From Pelagomonas calceolata (Eukaryota), in NCBI GenBank assembly GCA_918797485.1, contig CAKKNE010000003.1:3534001-3598000 (forward strand): DNA of 64,000 nucleotides, written 5' to 3'. The translations under genes and the position numbers were made by a program. The notes under the pieces were generated by a model that worked only from the letters and a program-made list of their open reading frames with translations, was not told where the DNA came from and ran no database searches. Of this stretch, positions 10,649 to 21,144 are shown piece by piece (position 1 is the stretch's first letter; every line of letters begins with the position of its first letter).

Positions 10649-10940
10649 AGGTTCCGGCTTGTGGTACATGTAATGTTGCCAGCCCCGTGACATCACAACC
10701 CCTAAACCCCGCCACTCCCCCTCCGTAAGAAATTCATATGGTTCGTTGTTAGCTGCCGCGGCGTTGGGGCAGCCTCGGCGCTGCCTCGCGCGCGCTGTGT
10801 TGTAAAATCTAGCGTGTTACTATACACTAGCTCGAGGAGCCGAGAAGAAGCCATCGTATAGCGCTGCGTACAGGCACTCAGCAGCGCGTCTGGAGCAGTT
10901 CTTGCAGCCCCTCAGCTGTCCGCGGCGTTGAACTGGCGTG

Positions 10941-11666
10941 ATGAAGTCCGTATTGTTGGCACTCCTCACTGTCCTGCCTCCCGGCGCCGTGTCCCTCCAC
11001 TTGCCGAAATACACCGGTTGGTTCCGTATAGACGGTTCGATGATTCTGCGACGCGAGCTCAACGCGCACCAATCACAACGAGATTTCTTCGGCGAGAGTG
11101 AAAGGGTGTGGTCTCAAATCGACAACGAGATCACGAGACCACTCGATTACCTTACAAATTCGCCGTACAGCCAGCAGCCCAAGTTCCTGTTTCACTGCAC
11201 GACTAAGCAGAGTGCCAAAAAAATCGCGGAGAGCGGCGTCATCTACGCGAGCGAAAAATCAAACGGCGGCGACGCCTTCCTCGGTGACGGCGTCTATTTC
11301 ACTGCGATTCCTGCTAACTGGGCGGATCCAGAAGTGGTCAAGGCCAACAACTGGGGCTGGCAAAACATCGCAAAGTACCGGCACAGAGATAACGCCTTTG
11401 TCCGAATCAATTTTGATGCTCTCGTAAACCTGCCATGGAACCCAGAGATCGCATTTGACAAAAAAAGAAATGCAAATTTCTGCGTGAAGGTGCCCCGGGG
11501 CGACCTTTCTGTGACGTTACCGGAGCTAGATGCCGAAATTTGGTTTCACCCCGTGGATCACGATGATGAGCCTGAGCGGTTCTGGAGTGCGAAGCGAGGC
11601 TACTACGCAAAGAAACAAACGTGGAAGAACACGCGAGGCTACGCGAAGCAAAAAAGGTGGTACTAG
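10941..11666 (+). CDS. Secreted ADP-ribosyltransferase-like protein (Tox-ART-HYD1-like)
   Basis: Signal peptide MKSVLLALLTVLPPGAVS and motif LFHCTT..AKKIAESGVI...DAFLGDGVYFT. Intronless, lower GC than the flanking genes. Confidence 0.65.
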   Translation: MKSVLLALLTVLPPGAVSLHLPKYTGWFRIDGSMILRRELNAHQSQRDFFGESERVWSQIDNEITRPLDYLTNSPYSQQPKFLFHCTTKQSAKKIAESGVIYASEKSNGGDAFLGDGVYFTAIPANWADPEVVKANNWGWQNIAKYRHRDNAFVRINFDALVNLPWNPEIAFDKKRNANFCVKVPRGDLSVTLPELDAEIWFHPVDHDDEPERFWSAKRGYYAKKQTWKNTRGYAKQKRWY

Positions 11667-11717
11667 TAAGAGGGTAAGCTAGCTTGTGTGTCTTATCGAT
11701 AGAAATGCTTATTGTAA

Positions 11718-11746
11718 TTAACGGTACGGGGCACACACGCCCTCGT
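11718..11746 (+). repeat. Left arm of a TTAA-flanked inverted repeat (partner 26067-26095)
   Basis: TTAACGGTACGGGGCACACA is a perfect 20-bp reverse complement of 26076-26095 and extends to 29 bp with 2 mismatches. Confidence 0.8.
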
Positions 11747-12375
11747 CGGCGTGGCGCCGCGACGCCCTTTAGGCCATTCTGTATGGAGCGCATCTGGCAT
11801 AATAACCGGAGGAGGCCCAACATTGATAACCATGAACTCTGATGACGCGTCTATCTCGGGCAGCTGCGGACCCAGAGTCGAATTGGTACGCTACTACGGG
11901 TTGGTCGAGCAATCATAATTCACCAGACCAAAAAAAGTCGAGCCGGTCATTCCTGGGCAGCACTGCACACCGCGCCTCGATGCGAGAGAGAGAGAGTCGC
12001 TTATTGAACCCACCCCCAGGTAGTACGGACCCCGAACGCTTCGCCACTGTGTCTATTGGGATTGGCGATAGGGTGTTGTTTCACCCTGCGATGCCGGCTA
12101 AGTGATGAGACGCACTAGAGCTACTTTTTGAGCTTGGCGTGCTGCCCACATTGCTGCCCAACTGCTGCCCCGCGCCCCAGAAATCAGGGTACGGCAAATC
12201 TACCACTGCGCCACATCGTTCTGCTGAGCTATTGGGTGTGCGCTTGCTTAGCGTGGCGTGTGGGAGCGTGATCGTCAACCAACAGCTCAAGGGCATCCCG
12301 ACGCAAGAACGAGCGTGGCCGGCGCATTAGGAGCTACGCTGTCAAAATACGTAGACAAACAGTAAACGCGTCATC

Positions 12376-14122
12376 ATGAGTAAAGCGCTAGCCCTGGCCC
12401 TCGCGTGCCACGGTGTCGCCGCCTGGACCGCGTCTGACGCTTCAATCCGCAGCGCAGTGCGTCTCTGGCTCTCGGACAAGTCTGCCGCCGAGGTCAAGTA
12501 CGGTCATATCTCCACGTGGGAGACCGGTGGGGTCACGGACATGGATTTCTTGTTTTGCGTGCGGACTGATTGGATTGACGCAGAGTACGAAGACGAAGAC
12601 AATTTTTTAGATCCCTGCGTGCTTCCAGCATCGGCGTCGTCCTTCAACGACGGCATCAGCGCGTGGGACACCTCCAGTGTAACGACGATGAAGTTGATGT
12701 TCCACGGCGCCTCGGCCTTTAACCAGCCGCTGAACGACTGGCGGGTCGACAAGGTCACGAATATGAACGGGATGTTTTTACAAGCCGCGGCATTCGACCA
12801 GCCGCTCAACGACTGGTGGGTTGACAAGGTCACGAGTATGGTGGGAATGTTCCACGACGCCTTGTCGTTCAACCAAGACATCAGCGGCTGGAGGGTCGAG
12901 AACGTCACGAATATGTACATAATGTTTGCCGGCGCCAGATCGTTCAACCGGCCGCTCGGCGACTGGCGGGTCGACAAGGTCACGGATATGAGCTACATGT
13001 TCCGCGAGGCCTCGGCGTTCAACCAGCCGCTCGGCGACTGGAACGTCGACAAGGTCACGGATATGCACGGGATGTTCTACAAGGCCAAAGGGTTCAGACA
13101 GGACCTCGGTTGGTGCGTGAACGACGACGTGAACATGAAATACGCGTTCCAAAAATCAAGGTGCGAGTGGACGTCGTGCGGCGTCATGCAAAAGAAACGT
13201 TATGAGCTTGAGCAATGTGTCTACACGGGCAAGTCTTATACTCTGCTGATGGTATTCGTGATCTCTTTTGTGGGAGCGTCGCTGCCCGTGCGAGAGATCA
13301 AAATCTTGCGACCCAGATGTCAGTCTCCGGCTCACTGGTTGAATCTCGCGCAGGTTGCTCGTGGCGCTCGTGGTGAACGACGGGACGTTGGAGGGTCTCT
13401 TCTACCGAACGCCAGTACGCTACAGCGGCGTGGGAAGCGACGACGAGGGAATCGAGATGTCGGGCTCGTCAGTCGCTACGGGGTCGAATCTAGCCGCCGC
13501 GACGACCTATGTGATGCTGCGAGGATTCCCAATGACTCGACTAGCTCTAAATCTCTATAAATATCGCGTGAGGATATTGACCTCTATCAAGGCAATCGTC
13601 GATTACGGAAAGGACAAGCCCTGGTGGGTGGCCAGATTCGTCGCCGTCTGTCTAGGCAACCCGCTCGCGTTTTTTGGTTATTTTGGTTATGTGACCCAGC
13701 ACCACGAGGTGCTCGGAATCACAGCGTTCAAGGACCTTGGTGGGAACATTTTTTGGATGAATCCACTGCTCTTCGTGGCGGTCACTTTTCCGATCTACTT
13801 GCTCTGGGTGCTGTTCAATGTCGAGGCGATAAGGGCAGTGACTGTATGCAGCGACAGATCGTTTGATGCCAACAACTATTTCGAGACGTACACGCCGAGG
13901 GCTGCGGCCGTGGCAATACCAGGACTATTGAATTTGCTTGTTTGGGGTACTTCGGGAATGGAAGGCAACGTCTTCGGATTCATGTTTTTTCTTCCGCTGC
14001 TGATAGCACAAGTTTTGTACCTGGCCATGTGGGTCTACGCCCTGTGCTCTTCCTGCTTCGTTAAAAATCAATATAATAATCCGTCAGGAACTGACGACTT
14101 ATCGCAAACTTCAATGGTCTGA
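12376..14122 (+). CDS. BspA/DUF285 repeat surface protein with multi-TM C-terminus (exons 12376-13277, 13354-14122)
   Basis: Signal peptide and repeats of FNQPLNDWRVDKVTNMxxMF. GT-AG intron 13278-13353 joins ORFs 12376 and 13355 in frame (FVGA|LLVALVV). Confidence 0.85.
13278..13353 (+). mobile_element. Introner family A intron in reverse orientation
   Basis: GTCGCTGC CCGTGCGAGAGATCAAAAT ... CACTGGTTGAATCTCGCGCAG is a degenerate reverse complement of family A (TCAACCAGTG ... ATTTTGA). Confidence 0.7.
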
Positions 14123-14317
14123 GCTTGGTGTAGCTTCCTGCCGCAGTCTGCTGACCCGCTTTCGGCGGTGACGGCTTCCGACCCTTTCCGGACCTTAACG
14201 CCAGCCTGACGACTTCACAGTTCTTCGTCGTCTCCGCGGCTAGGCGGTCTAGCTCTAATAGGATATTCCTTCCTTAATTATATATTTATACAAAGCAAGC
14301 AAATTAAGGAATCAAAT

Positions 14318-17300
14318 TCAACCACACCAGAAATCGTAGACTTGCTCGACCCGCAGCGCCCCACCCTCGTCGCCGCACCCGCGCATCAGCGACATGAGCT
14401 GCGTCGCGGCGACCCTCAGCGCAATCTGCTTCCTCGCCGGCGCGGTCGCGCTCTCGGCGGCGATCGGGAACTGGTAGCGCGCGACGGGCTTGACGCCCGG
14501 CCGCAGCCTTGCGAGCCAGGCCTCGGCCTCGGCCTCGCGGTGCGCCTCGCAGGAGACGCGGACCTGGACCTCGCTCTGGTTCGATATCTCGAGCACGCGC
14601 GCGGTCGGGACGGCGCGCGCGAGGGCGACGAGAATCTCGCCGAGTGCCTTGAACGGCGGCACCGTCAGGACGATGATCTGCCCACCGCCGGCGGCGAGGT
14701 GCGGCTCGACTGCCTTAACCTCGCTGATCCTCGGGTCGACCGCGCCCCGGAAGAAAGCCGCGAGCGAGGCCTCGCCCTTGATTCTCGCGTAGAGGACGAT
14801 CTCCTCGAGGAACCGCTCGGGGTCGGCGCCGTCCTCGAGGTAGCCCTCCCCGCCGAGGGCAGCCCTCAGCGGCATCGCCATGAGGTGTAGCTGGGCGAAG
14901 AGGGCGCTCATGACGATCGCGGGGACGAGGTCGGTGACGAAGGCCATCGAGGCGTAGGCCTTCGCCGGGCCGTACTTCGCCGCGACGAGGTCGCTCTCGG
15001 TCCGGAGAACGTCGAAGTAGACGCCGAGGACCTCGAAGAAGGGGAAGCGGTACCACGGGGTGTGGTCCAGGCTGGCCGCCATGACCTCCAGGATCTCCAC
15101 CTGCATCCACTCGTTGAGCTTGTACCAGGTGAACTCGCCATCGCCGCCGTGGAGGTCCCGGGTTGCGCCGCCGCCCCGCAGCGCGCCGCGGATCGTCTCG
15201 GCCGCTGCCTCCAGTTTCGCCCGGCCGTCCGTCGCGCCCTGCCCGCACTCGAGCCGCCGGTACTTGAGTTTGAGCTTGTTGTTCCCAGCGAGACCGAGCG
15301 TCCCGAGCTTGACAACGGCGGCGCGCGCTCCGTCGAGTCCTTCGAGGAACCCGCTGGCCGAGTTCCGAGCGCGCACGCAGGCGCCCTCGCGGACGACGAG
15401 CCGCCCGGGCGCCCCGCCGCGCTCGCGCACCTGCGCCGCGTGCATGGCGCGCATTTGTTTTGTGATGTCGCTCGGCGCGCTCGTGAGCGACTTGTAGCCG
15501 AAGGTCGCGCTGACGATCACCCCGACGTCCTCGAGAACGTACTTGTCCGCGCCGTCGTCGAATCGCAGCGTGACGGAGGCCTCGACGCCGCCGAGCTCAG
15601 CGAGCGCGCACGTGCCGGCGTGGACCGCGGCGAGGCAGGCGCGCGGGAGCCTCGGCACCACGGTCGTAATCGCCGCCGCCGAGCCGCCGCCGCCCGCGCG
15701 GCGCTCGGCGTCGACCTCGGCCTTGACGCCGTCGTGGAGGTCAACAAGTGCCCCGAGGCCGATGACCTTGAGCGCAAACTTGCCCTTCTTCTCGAGCCGG
15801 ACGCGGGGCGAGCGGAGGAAGGCGCGCGCGACGCGGTGCCAGGCGTGCGCGCGGCCGACCCTGCTCTCGCCGAGCAGCCGGTCGCGCGTCGGGAGCCCGC
15901 CCCCGGCCGCCGCAACGCCCTCGAGTTCCCGCCGGACCACCACCCACGTCGCCCGGTCGAGGAAGCCGGCGAGCGTCGCCGCCGTGCTCGCGAGGTCGCG
16001 CCCGCCGAACTTCCCGACGAGCACCGCCTGCTGCCGGAGGTTGAAGCCGCTCTGGCGGAGCGTCTTCGGCGAGAGGAGGCCGGGGACGTGCGTCGCGAGC
16101 TGCTCCACGGCCGCCAAAACTTCCGAGCCGCGCACGTCCCCGTCGGTGGCGGCGGCCGGTTCGACGGCGGTCTTTGTCTCATCTCCGCCACCGTCGGCCG
16201 TCGCGGATGTGGCAGTCAGCAGGAGCGCCGGCATGTAGTCCCGCACGACACGGATGAGCGTCTTCTCGGCCTCGCTGGCCGCGTCGGGCCGGAGTCGGAC
16301 CTTCCGCTCGATGGCCGGGATGATCAGAAAGAACTCGCCGTGGAGGACGTCGACGTCGAGATGATCCTTGACCTCTGCCTCGGCGACGAGACCTCGGAGG
16401 AGATCGACCGCGTCGACGGCGACGCCGACGTACTTGGAAACGGACGGCTCGAGCCCGGCGACGGCGGCGTTGCCAGTCATGCGCGGGAGGGTCGTCAGCA
16501 GGAGCTCTCTGAGCTTCGGCACGAGCGCTTTGAGGCCACCGGCGAGGCTCCCCGTGAGGCTCTCGAGGGTGCCGATCGCGGCGGCGGGGATCTGCGAGAG
16601 GAGCGTCTTGACGAGGGTGACGATAGGCGGTTCGGAGACGTCTCCGTCGGCGGCGGCCGTCTCCGAGCAGGACACTTCGTGCCCGTTCTCCTCCTCAGAC
16701 ACCGCTGGGTGCAGGGGTGGCTTGTAGAAGGCGAGCATCTCGTCGCAGGTCGGGTCGCCCTCCTCGAGCCCCTCGAGCATCGCGTCGACGAGCCCGGCAC
16801 CGCCGCAGACGATCGCGCGCCACTCCGAAAGCGGGCGGAAGGCGCGCACCTCGGCGCGCTCGACGGCCTCCGTCACCCCCGTTATCGCGTTGAACACGCT
16901 GTGCGCGAGGTCCAAGACCTCCACCGGGCATCCGCGGCGGCGGTCCCTCGCGCGGTCGAGGTCGAGGTCGTGCTCGCGGATGAGGAAGACGCCCCCGGGG
17001 CGGAGGATCCGCCCGACCTCGCGGAGGTAGGGGATGAGCCGCGCGGGGGGGATGTGATGGAGGCCCTGGTTGATGGTGGCGAGGTCCACGCTGGCGTCGG
17101 GGATCCGCGCGCGGACGCCGGCGAGCCATGCCCCCGGATCGCCGTCGGCCGCAGCCGCGCAGACCTCGTCGGTCGTCCTGTTGCCGTGTTCCTCTTCGAC
17201 CAGCCCCTCCATGTAGTCGAACTTGACGTACTCGCCGACGGGGTCGAGGCTTCCGCGCTCGAGGATCGCCGGGAGATCGTCGTCGCCGCACTCGGCGTCG

Positions 17301-20062
17301 TGGCAGACGTAGCTCTTCCCGCGGAGGCCGAGCGCCGCGCGGAGCTTGAGGACGAGCTTGCCGTTGTCGCCAAAGGAGGCGTAGGTGAAGTCGCCGGCGT
17401 CGCCGCTCCGCCCGCGCGCCTTGCCGAGTCGGGCGAGGATCGCAGCGGTCTCCCTCACCAGCTCGATCTTCTGCCTGTGGAGCTGCTTGATTCCCGCAAT
17501 CGCCCGTTTCAGTTTTGCGACGGCGCCGCCTCCCCCACGAGTCTCCATCGTGCCGACCTTCACTCTTTGAATATCGGCCGGTAGAAAGGTCTTCATGGCC
17601 GACTGGACGTGGTCGACCCAGTCCTCGCCCTCGGTCGCGTTCCGGATGATGACTTCGAGTTCGCTCGCGTTCTTGCACTGGAGGACCTTGGCGCCGTCGA
17701 GCTTGGCGCCCTCGAAGATCTTCACCAATTTAGCTTCTTGGCCTTCTCTGATGAACGCCGGCGTCGCCCGTAACTTGCCGGCGGCCACCATCGTGTCGCA
17801 GCACTTCGCCGCGAGCTCGGTGCTCGTCCACTTCTCGTCGCAGGCGTTCTCGACTGGCGCGTCGCCATCATCGTTCTTGTCTTCGTCCGTTGCCGTCGCC
17901 CCAAAGGCAAGGTCGAGGTCCCGCGGCCGCTGTCGCGCCGTGGCCGTTGCCACCGGAGCTGCTCTGCCGTGGAAGTGCTCGCGGAGCGCGCGGAAGATGG
18001 CGAGGTCGTCGGCGTTGCGCGGATTCCACGCAGCTTTCGTCATCGCGCGCATGACTTCCTTATTGTCAGCGAGGTTGAAGATCTTGGTCAGGAAGAGATT
18101 TTGGAACTCCTCCCGCAGCCGTTGCTTGCTGAGCAGGGCGCGGTAGGAGCCGCTCCGCGCGACGAGGTCGGCGTCGCCGGCTCTCGGCAGGTCCAGGTGG
18201 CTCGCGAGGGCGCCGCCTCCGCCGTCGACCCGCTCGAAGGGCCCCTCACAAAGGAGGCGACTCCCGGCGAGAAAGGCCTCCCCGTAGCCGGCGGCGCAGA
18301 GCGGCCTCACGTAGTGGTCGAACCAGCAGTTGGAGAACATCCCGAGTTGGTCGTGCGCTTGCTTCTTCGCGGCGAACTCGTGGATCTGCGGGTAGGCGAG
18401 CGCGAGCAGCTCTTGCGAGTAGCACTTGCGGTAGGGGAGGTAGAAGGTCCCCCCCAGGTCGACCGTCATCTCGGCGAAAGTGTTGTGGACGCGGCCGAGC
18501 GCCTCATCGGCCGCGGCCGTCCGCGGGATCCGGTAGTAGAGGACGAACGCGTAGCTGCCCCCGGGGGCGCCCGCGTAGGAGAGGAAGGTGAATGTGTCGT
18601 GCTCTACGAAGCGGATCGTCGTGTTGAGCAGCATTAGGCGCTGTCGCGCCGACTCCCCGTGCGCATCGGTGAGCTCGCGGTAGATCGGCCGCGCGCGCTC
18701 GATCCACTCGCCGAAGCGCGCCGCGGGGACAAAGTACTCCTGCAGGACAAACGAATCGTCGCTGACGAACATCGGCTCGTATAGCTTGGCGAGCGGGACG
18801 GCGCTTTCGAAGAGGAGCTCGCTGCGGGTGACCCCCGTCTCGTCGGCCATGTCGATCGCCTGCCCCGTCAGGCCCTCGATGGCAAAGCGGACCTCCTTCA
18901 TCGCTGGCATGAGCCACTTGTAGAGCAGGCGCGTCTTCATCGGCATTACATGGGCGTGGAGCCCGAGGGTCCCTGAGATGGTGTTGCAGGAGTAGGCGCG
19001 CCGGTAGACGAAAAGTTGCACCCTGTTGAGGTCGAGGATGTTGAGCCGCGCGATCTTCACGGCGACCTTCTGCCGGGCGACGGCCTCAGCGCTGCAACTG
19101 TCCTCGCCCTCGTCCTTCCCGGCTTTGGTCGAGGGCTTCTCAGAGCAGCGGCGGGCCTCCTCGTAGTAGGCGACGAACTCCCCGCCGTCGACCTTGACGT
19201 CGAGCGTGTCGAGCTCGAGCTGCATGTTGTCGACGACCCGCAGCGTCGCCTCGGTGATGACACCGAAGAGGCCGTAGCCGCCGAGCGCCAGGCGGAAGAG
19301 CTCGTCGCCCGGGTGGCAAGTAGTTATCTTCACCCGGTGCCCGCGTCCGTCCGCCGCGGGGACGACGTGAGCGAGGCGGAAGCTCACGACGCTCTCGGCG
19401 AAGCAGAAGTCCGTGGTGATGCCGTGCGCGTTGACCGCGAGGGTGCCGCCGACGCTGAAGGTGCAGTAGGACTGCATCGTCCGCGGGGCCTTGCAGCGCT
19501 TGTTGAGGAAGACGATGAGGTCGGACCAGAGGGCGCCAGGGCCCGTCGTGACGGTGTCGGCCGCGCTGTCGTAACTCATCTCCTTCATGCACTTCATGTC
19601 GAGGAGAAAGCCGCCGGGGGCGATGCTGTGGCCGCCCATGCTGTGCTTAGTTCCGCGGACGGCGACCCGCCGGCCGAGCCGCAGGGCTTCCTCGAGAACG
19701 TCTACGATGTCGCCCTCGTCTCGCGGGAAGAAGATGCGGTCAATCATCGTCCCGCGGAAATCCGACATGCGGGAGACATCGTTCACGAGGCAGCCTCCGC
19801 CGATGGCGTTAGCGGCGGAGGGTGGTGGCGGGTCCGGCCATACGCAGTCCTCGAGCTCGCTGGCCGAGGCGCGGCTGTGCTCGCGAACGGCGTGGGCCGT
19901 CGTGCCGCGCGCAGCAGCATCTACAGCCGCGGGTTGCGCGCCCGTGAATGCAGCTTCGTCGTCGCTCGGCCTCGTCCCGCCGCAAGCACCACACCGTAAA
20001 AACCCTGCCTCCTTCCCGGCATTGCTATACGTGCAGGCGGGGCACTCCCATCCGCCGCTCAT
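14318..20062 (-). CDS. Large multidomain protein: RanBP2-type Zn finger + FAD-binding oxidase (VAO/ALO-like) + class I SAM methyltransferase + unknown C-terminal region
   Basis: Motifs WECPACTYSN..CGACG; VRGTKHSMGGH, SVGGTLAVNAHG, GGYGLFGVI, GGTFYLPY; VDL..GLHHIP...RILRPGGVFLIREHD. Likely start is ATG 20062 (the track ORF starts at 20200). Intronless. Confidence 0.85.
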   Translation of the reverse strand: MSGGWECPACTYSNAGKEAGFLRCGACGGTRPSDDEAAFTGAQPAAVDAAARGTTAHAVREHSRASASELEDCVWPDPPPPSAANAIGGGCLVNDVSRMSDFRGTMIDRIFFPRDEGDIVDVLEEALRLGRRVAVRGTKHSMGGHSIAPGGFLLDMKCMKEMSYDSAADTVTTGPGALWSDLIVFLNKRCKAPRTMQSYCTFSVGGTLAVNAHGITTDFCFAESVVSFRLAHVVPAADGRGHRVKITTCHPGDELFRLALGGYGLFGVITEATLRVVDNMQLELDTLDVKVDGGEFVAYYEEARRCSEKPSTKAGKDEGEDSCSAEAVARQKVAVKIARLNILDLNRVQLFVYRRAYSCNTISGTLGLHAHVMPMKTRLLYKWLMPAMKEVRFAIEGLTGQAIDMADETGVTRSELLFESAVPLAKLYEPMFVSDDSFVLQEYFVPAARFGEWIERARPIYRELTDAHGESARQRLMLLNTTIRFVEHDTFTFLSYAGAPGGSYAFVLYYRIPRTAAADEALGRVHNTFAEMTVDLGGTFYLPYRKCYSQELLALAYPQIHEFAAKKQAHDQLGMFSNCWFDHYVRPLCAAGYGEAFLAGSRLLCEGPFERVDGGGGALASHLDLPRAGDADLVARSGSYRALLSKQRLREEFQNLFLTKIFNLADNKEVMRAMTKAAWNPRNADDLAIFRALREHFHGRAAPVATATARQRPRDLDLAFGATATDEDKNDDGDAPVENACDEKWTSTELAAKCCDTMVAAGKLRATPAFIREGQEAKLVKIFEGAKLDGAKVLQCKNASELEVIIRNATEGEDWVDHVQSAMKTFLPADIQRVKVGTMETRGGGGAVAKLKRAIAGIKQLHRQKIELVRETAAILARLGKARGRSGDAGDFTYASFGDNGKLVLKLRAALGLRGKSYVCHDAECGDDDLPAILERGSLDPVGEYVKFDYMEGLVEEEHGNRTTDEVCAAAADGDPGAWLAGVRARIPDASVDLATINQGLHHIPPARLIPYLREVGRILRPGGVFLIREHDLDLDRARDRRRGCPVEVLDLAHSVFNAITGVTEAVERAEVRAFRPLSEWRAIVCGGAGLVDAMLEGLEEGDPTCDEMLAFYKPPLHPAVSEEENGHEVSCSETAAADGDVSEPPIVTLVKTLLSQIPAAAIGTLESLTGSLAGGLKALVPKLRELLLTTLPRMTGNAAVAGLEPSVSKYVGVAVDAVDLLRGLVAEAEVKDHLDVDVLHGEFFLIIPAIERKVRLRPDAASEAEKTLIRVVRDYMPALLLTATSATADGGGDETKTAVEPAAATDGDVRGSEVLAAVEQLATHVPGLLSPKTLRQSGFNLRQQAVLVGKFGGRDLASTAATLAGFLDRATWVVVRRELEGVAAAGGGLPTRDRLLGESRVGRAHAWHRVARAFLRSPRVRLEKKGKFALKVIGLGALVDLHDGVKAEVDAERRAGGGGSAAAITTVVPRLPRACLAAVHAGTCALAELGGVEASVTLRFDDGADKYVLEDVGVIVSATFGYKSLTSAPSDITKQMRAMHAAQVRERGGAPGRLVVREGACVRARNSASGFLEGLDGARAAVVKLGTLGLAGNNKLKLKYRRLECGQGATDGRAKLEAAAETIRGALRGGGATRDLHGGDGEFTWYKLNEWMQVEILEVMAASLDHTPWYRFPFFEVLGVYFDVLRTESDLVAAKYGPAKAYASMAFVTDLVPAIVMSALFAQLHLMAMPLRAALGGEGYLEDGADPERFLEEIVLYARIKGEASLAAFFRGAVDPRISEVKAVEPHLAAGGGQIIVLTVPPFKALGEILVALARAVPTARVLEISNQSEVQVRVSCEAHREAEAEAWLARLRPGVKPVARYQFPIAAESATAPARKQIALRVAATQLMSLMRGCGDEGGALRVEQVYDFWCG

Positions 20063-20378
20063 ACTGTATCCTTCCCAGGGCTGCACCGGACTGTCCCAGC
20101 CGCCAGGATGGCCGGGATGACCAGGATGACAACCGGTATCAGTCGACGGCCACACCGGGGCAGTCTTTTGTGGGTGTCGATTGTGGAGAAGAGAGGGCAA
20201 TCACATGTACCCGCACGTATCATGCGACGTGCTCGGGAGTCGCGACGGGCCGCGCCGAGGTCTACCCTAGGCCATCGACGTCTTACGCGGCCCCCGAGCG
20301 CGCGGCCAGCCTTGCTTCCTCGTCCGCCAACGCTCGCGAACGAGCCGCGGCCATCTCCTCCGCTAAAACCGCGGAAGC

Positions 20379-21144
20379 TTGAAGGGCCACGCTTCCACCG
20401 TGCAGCTGTTGCTAGACCGCGGAGCGAAAAAAAACATTGTTAATGGCGAGGGTTGGGCCGCGCTCCAGCTCGCGGCATATCAAGGTAGGAGTGAGGTTGT
20501 GCGCGTCCTCCTCAAATCCGGGGTTTGGGCCGTTAACTACGCCACCCAGGACTTAATTTGGAGCGCTCTATCTGGCGACAAGTGGCAACGGGACGGCGCA
20601 TACCGTAGAGCTCCTGCTAGATGCCGGAGCAGGGGTCGACCACCGATCCACGAGGCGCAACACGCCATTGCACATTGCATTGCACAATGCCGCCACGACA
20701 AACAAATTGGACGTGATGAAGCTCCTGCTCTCTTGCTGCGCCGACTCGATCCTGGGACGGGCACAATTTTACTCCTTCGTAGCGCAGAACAAAGGTCACA
20801 AGGAAGCCGCCGCGCTCTTGGCAGAAGACGTGGAGCGGAGGTGGAGGACACGCACCCAGAAGATTTGGATTGTGTTTTCATTGTTCTGCCTCTTTCTCAC
20901 GTTAATTGTATTCCGTTGGGGACACGAACGATCCGCCCGCGACCTCGCAGCCACGCCGCGCACGCTGCGCGAGAACGTGGCACTGGCGTCGCTCGCCGCG
21001 GCGCCGCTCGTTGTGCCGTACCTCGAGCGCTTGAACGGCCCGCTGTTGCCGGAACAGAAGGCCATGCTTGCGAGCGTGCTGTGTCGGACCACCCACCAGC
21101 CCCACGGGCGCTCTCCGACCTGCCCGCGTGCGCGGCCTGCCTAG
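20379..21144 (+). pseudogene. Frameshifted ankyrin-repeat fragment with a TM segment
   Basis: Ankyrin repeats GHASTVQLLLDRGA..GRSEVVRVLL continue in another frame after ~20568 (YLATSG..VELLLDAGAGVD..TPLHIAL). No ATG start. Confidence 0.6.

Noticed and set aside
15062..17584. 840-aa plus-strand ORF and similar Arg/Gly/Ala-rich ORFs throughout the window
   Set aside because: Shadow ORFs of real genes, with no domain motifs.
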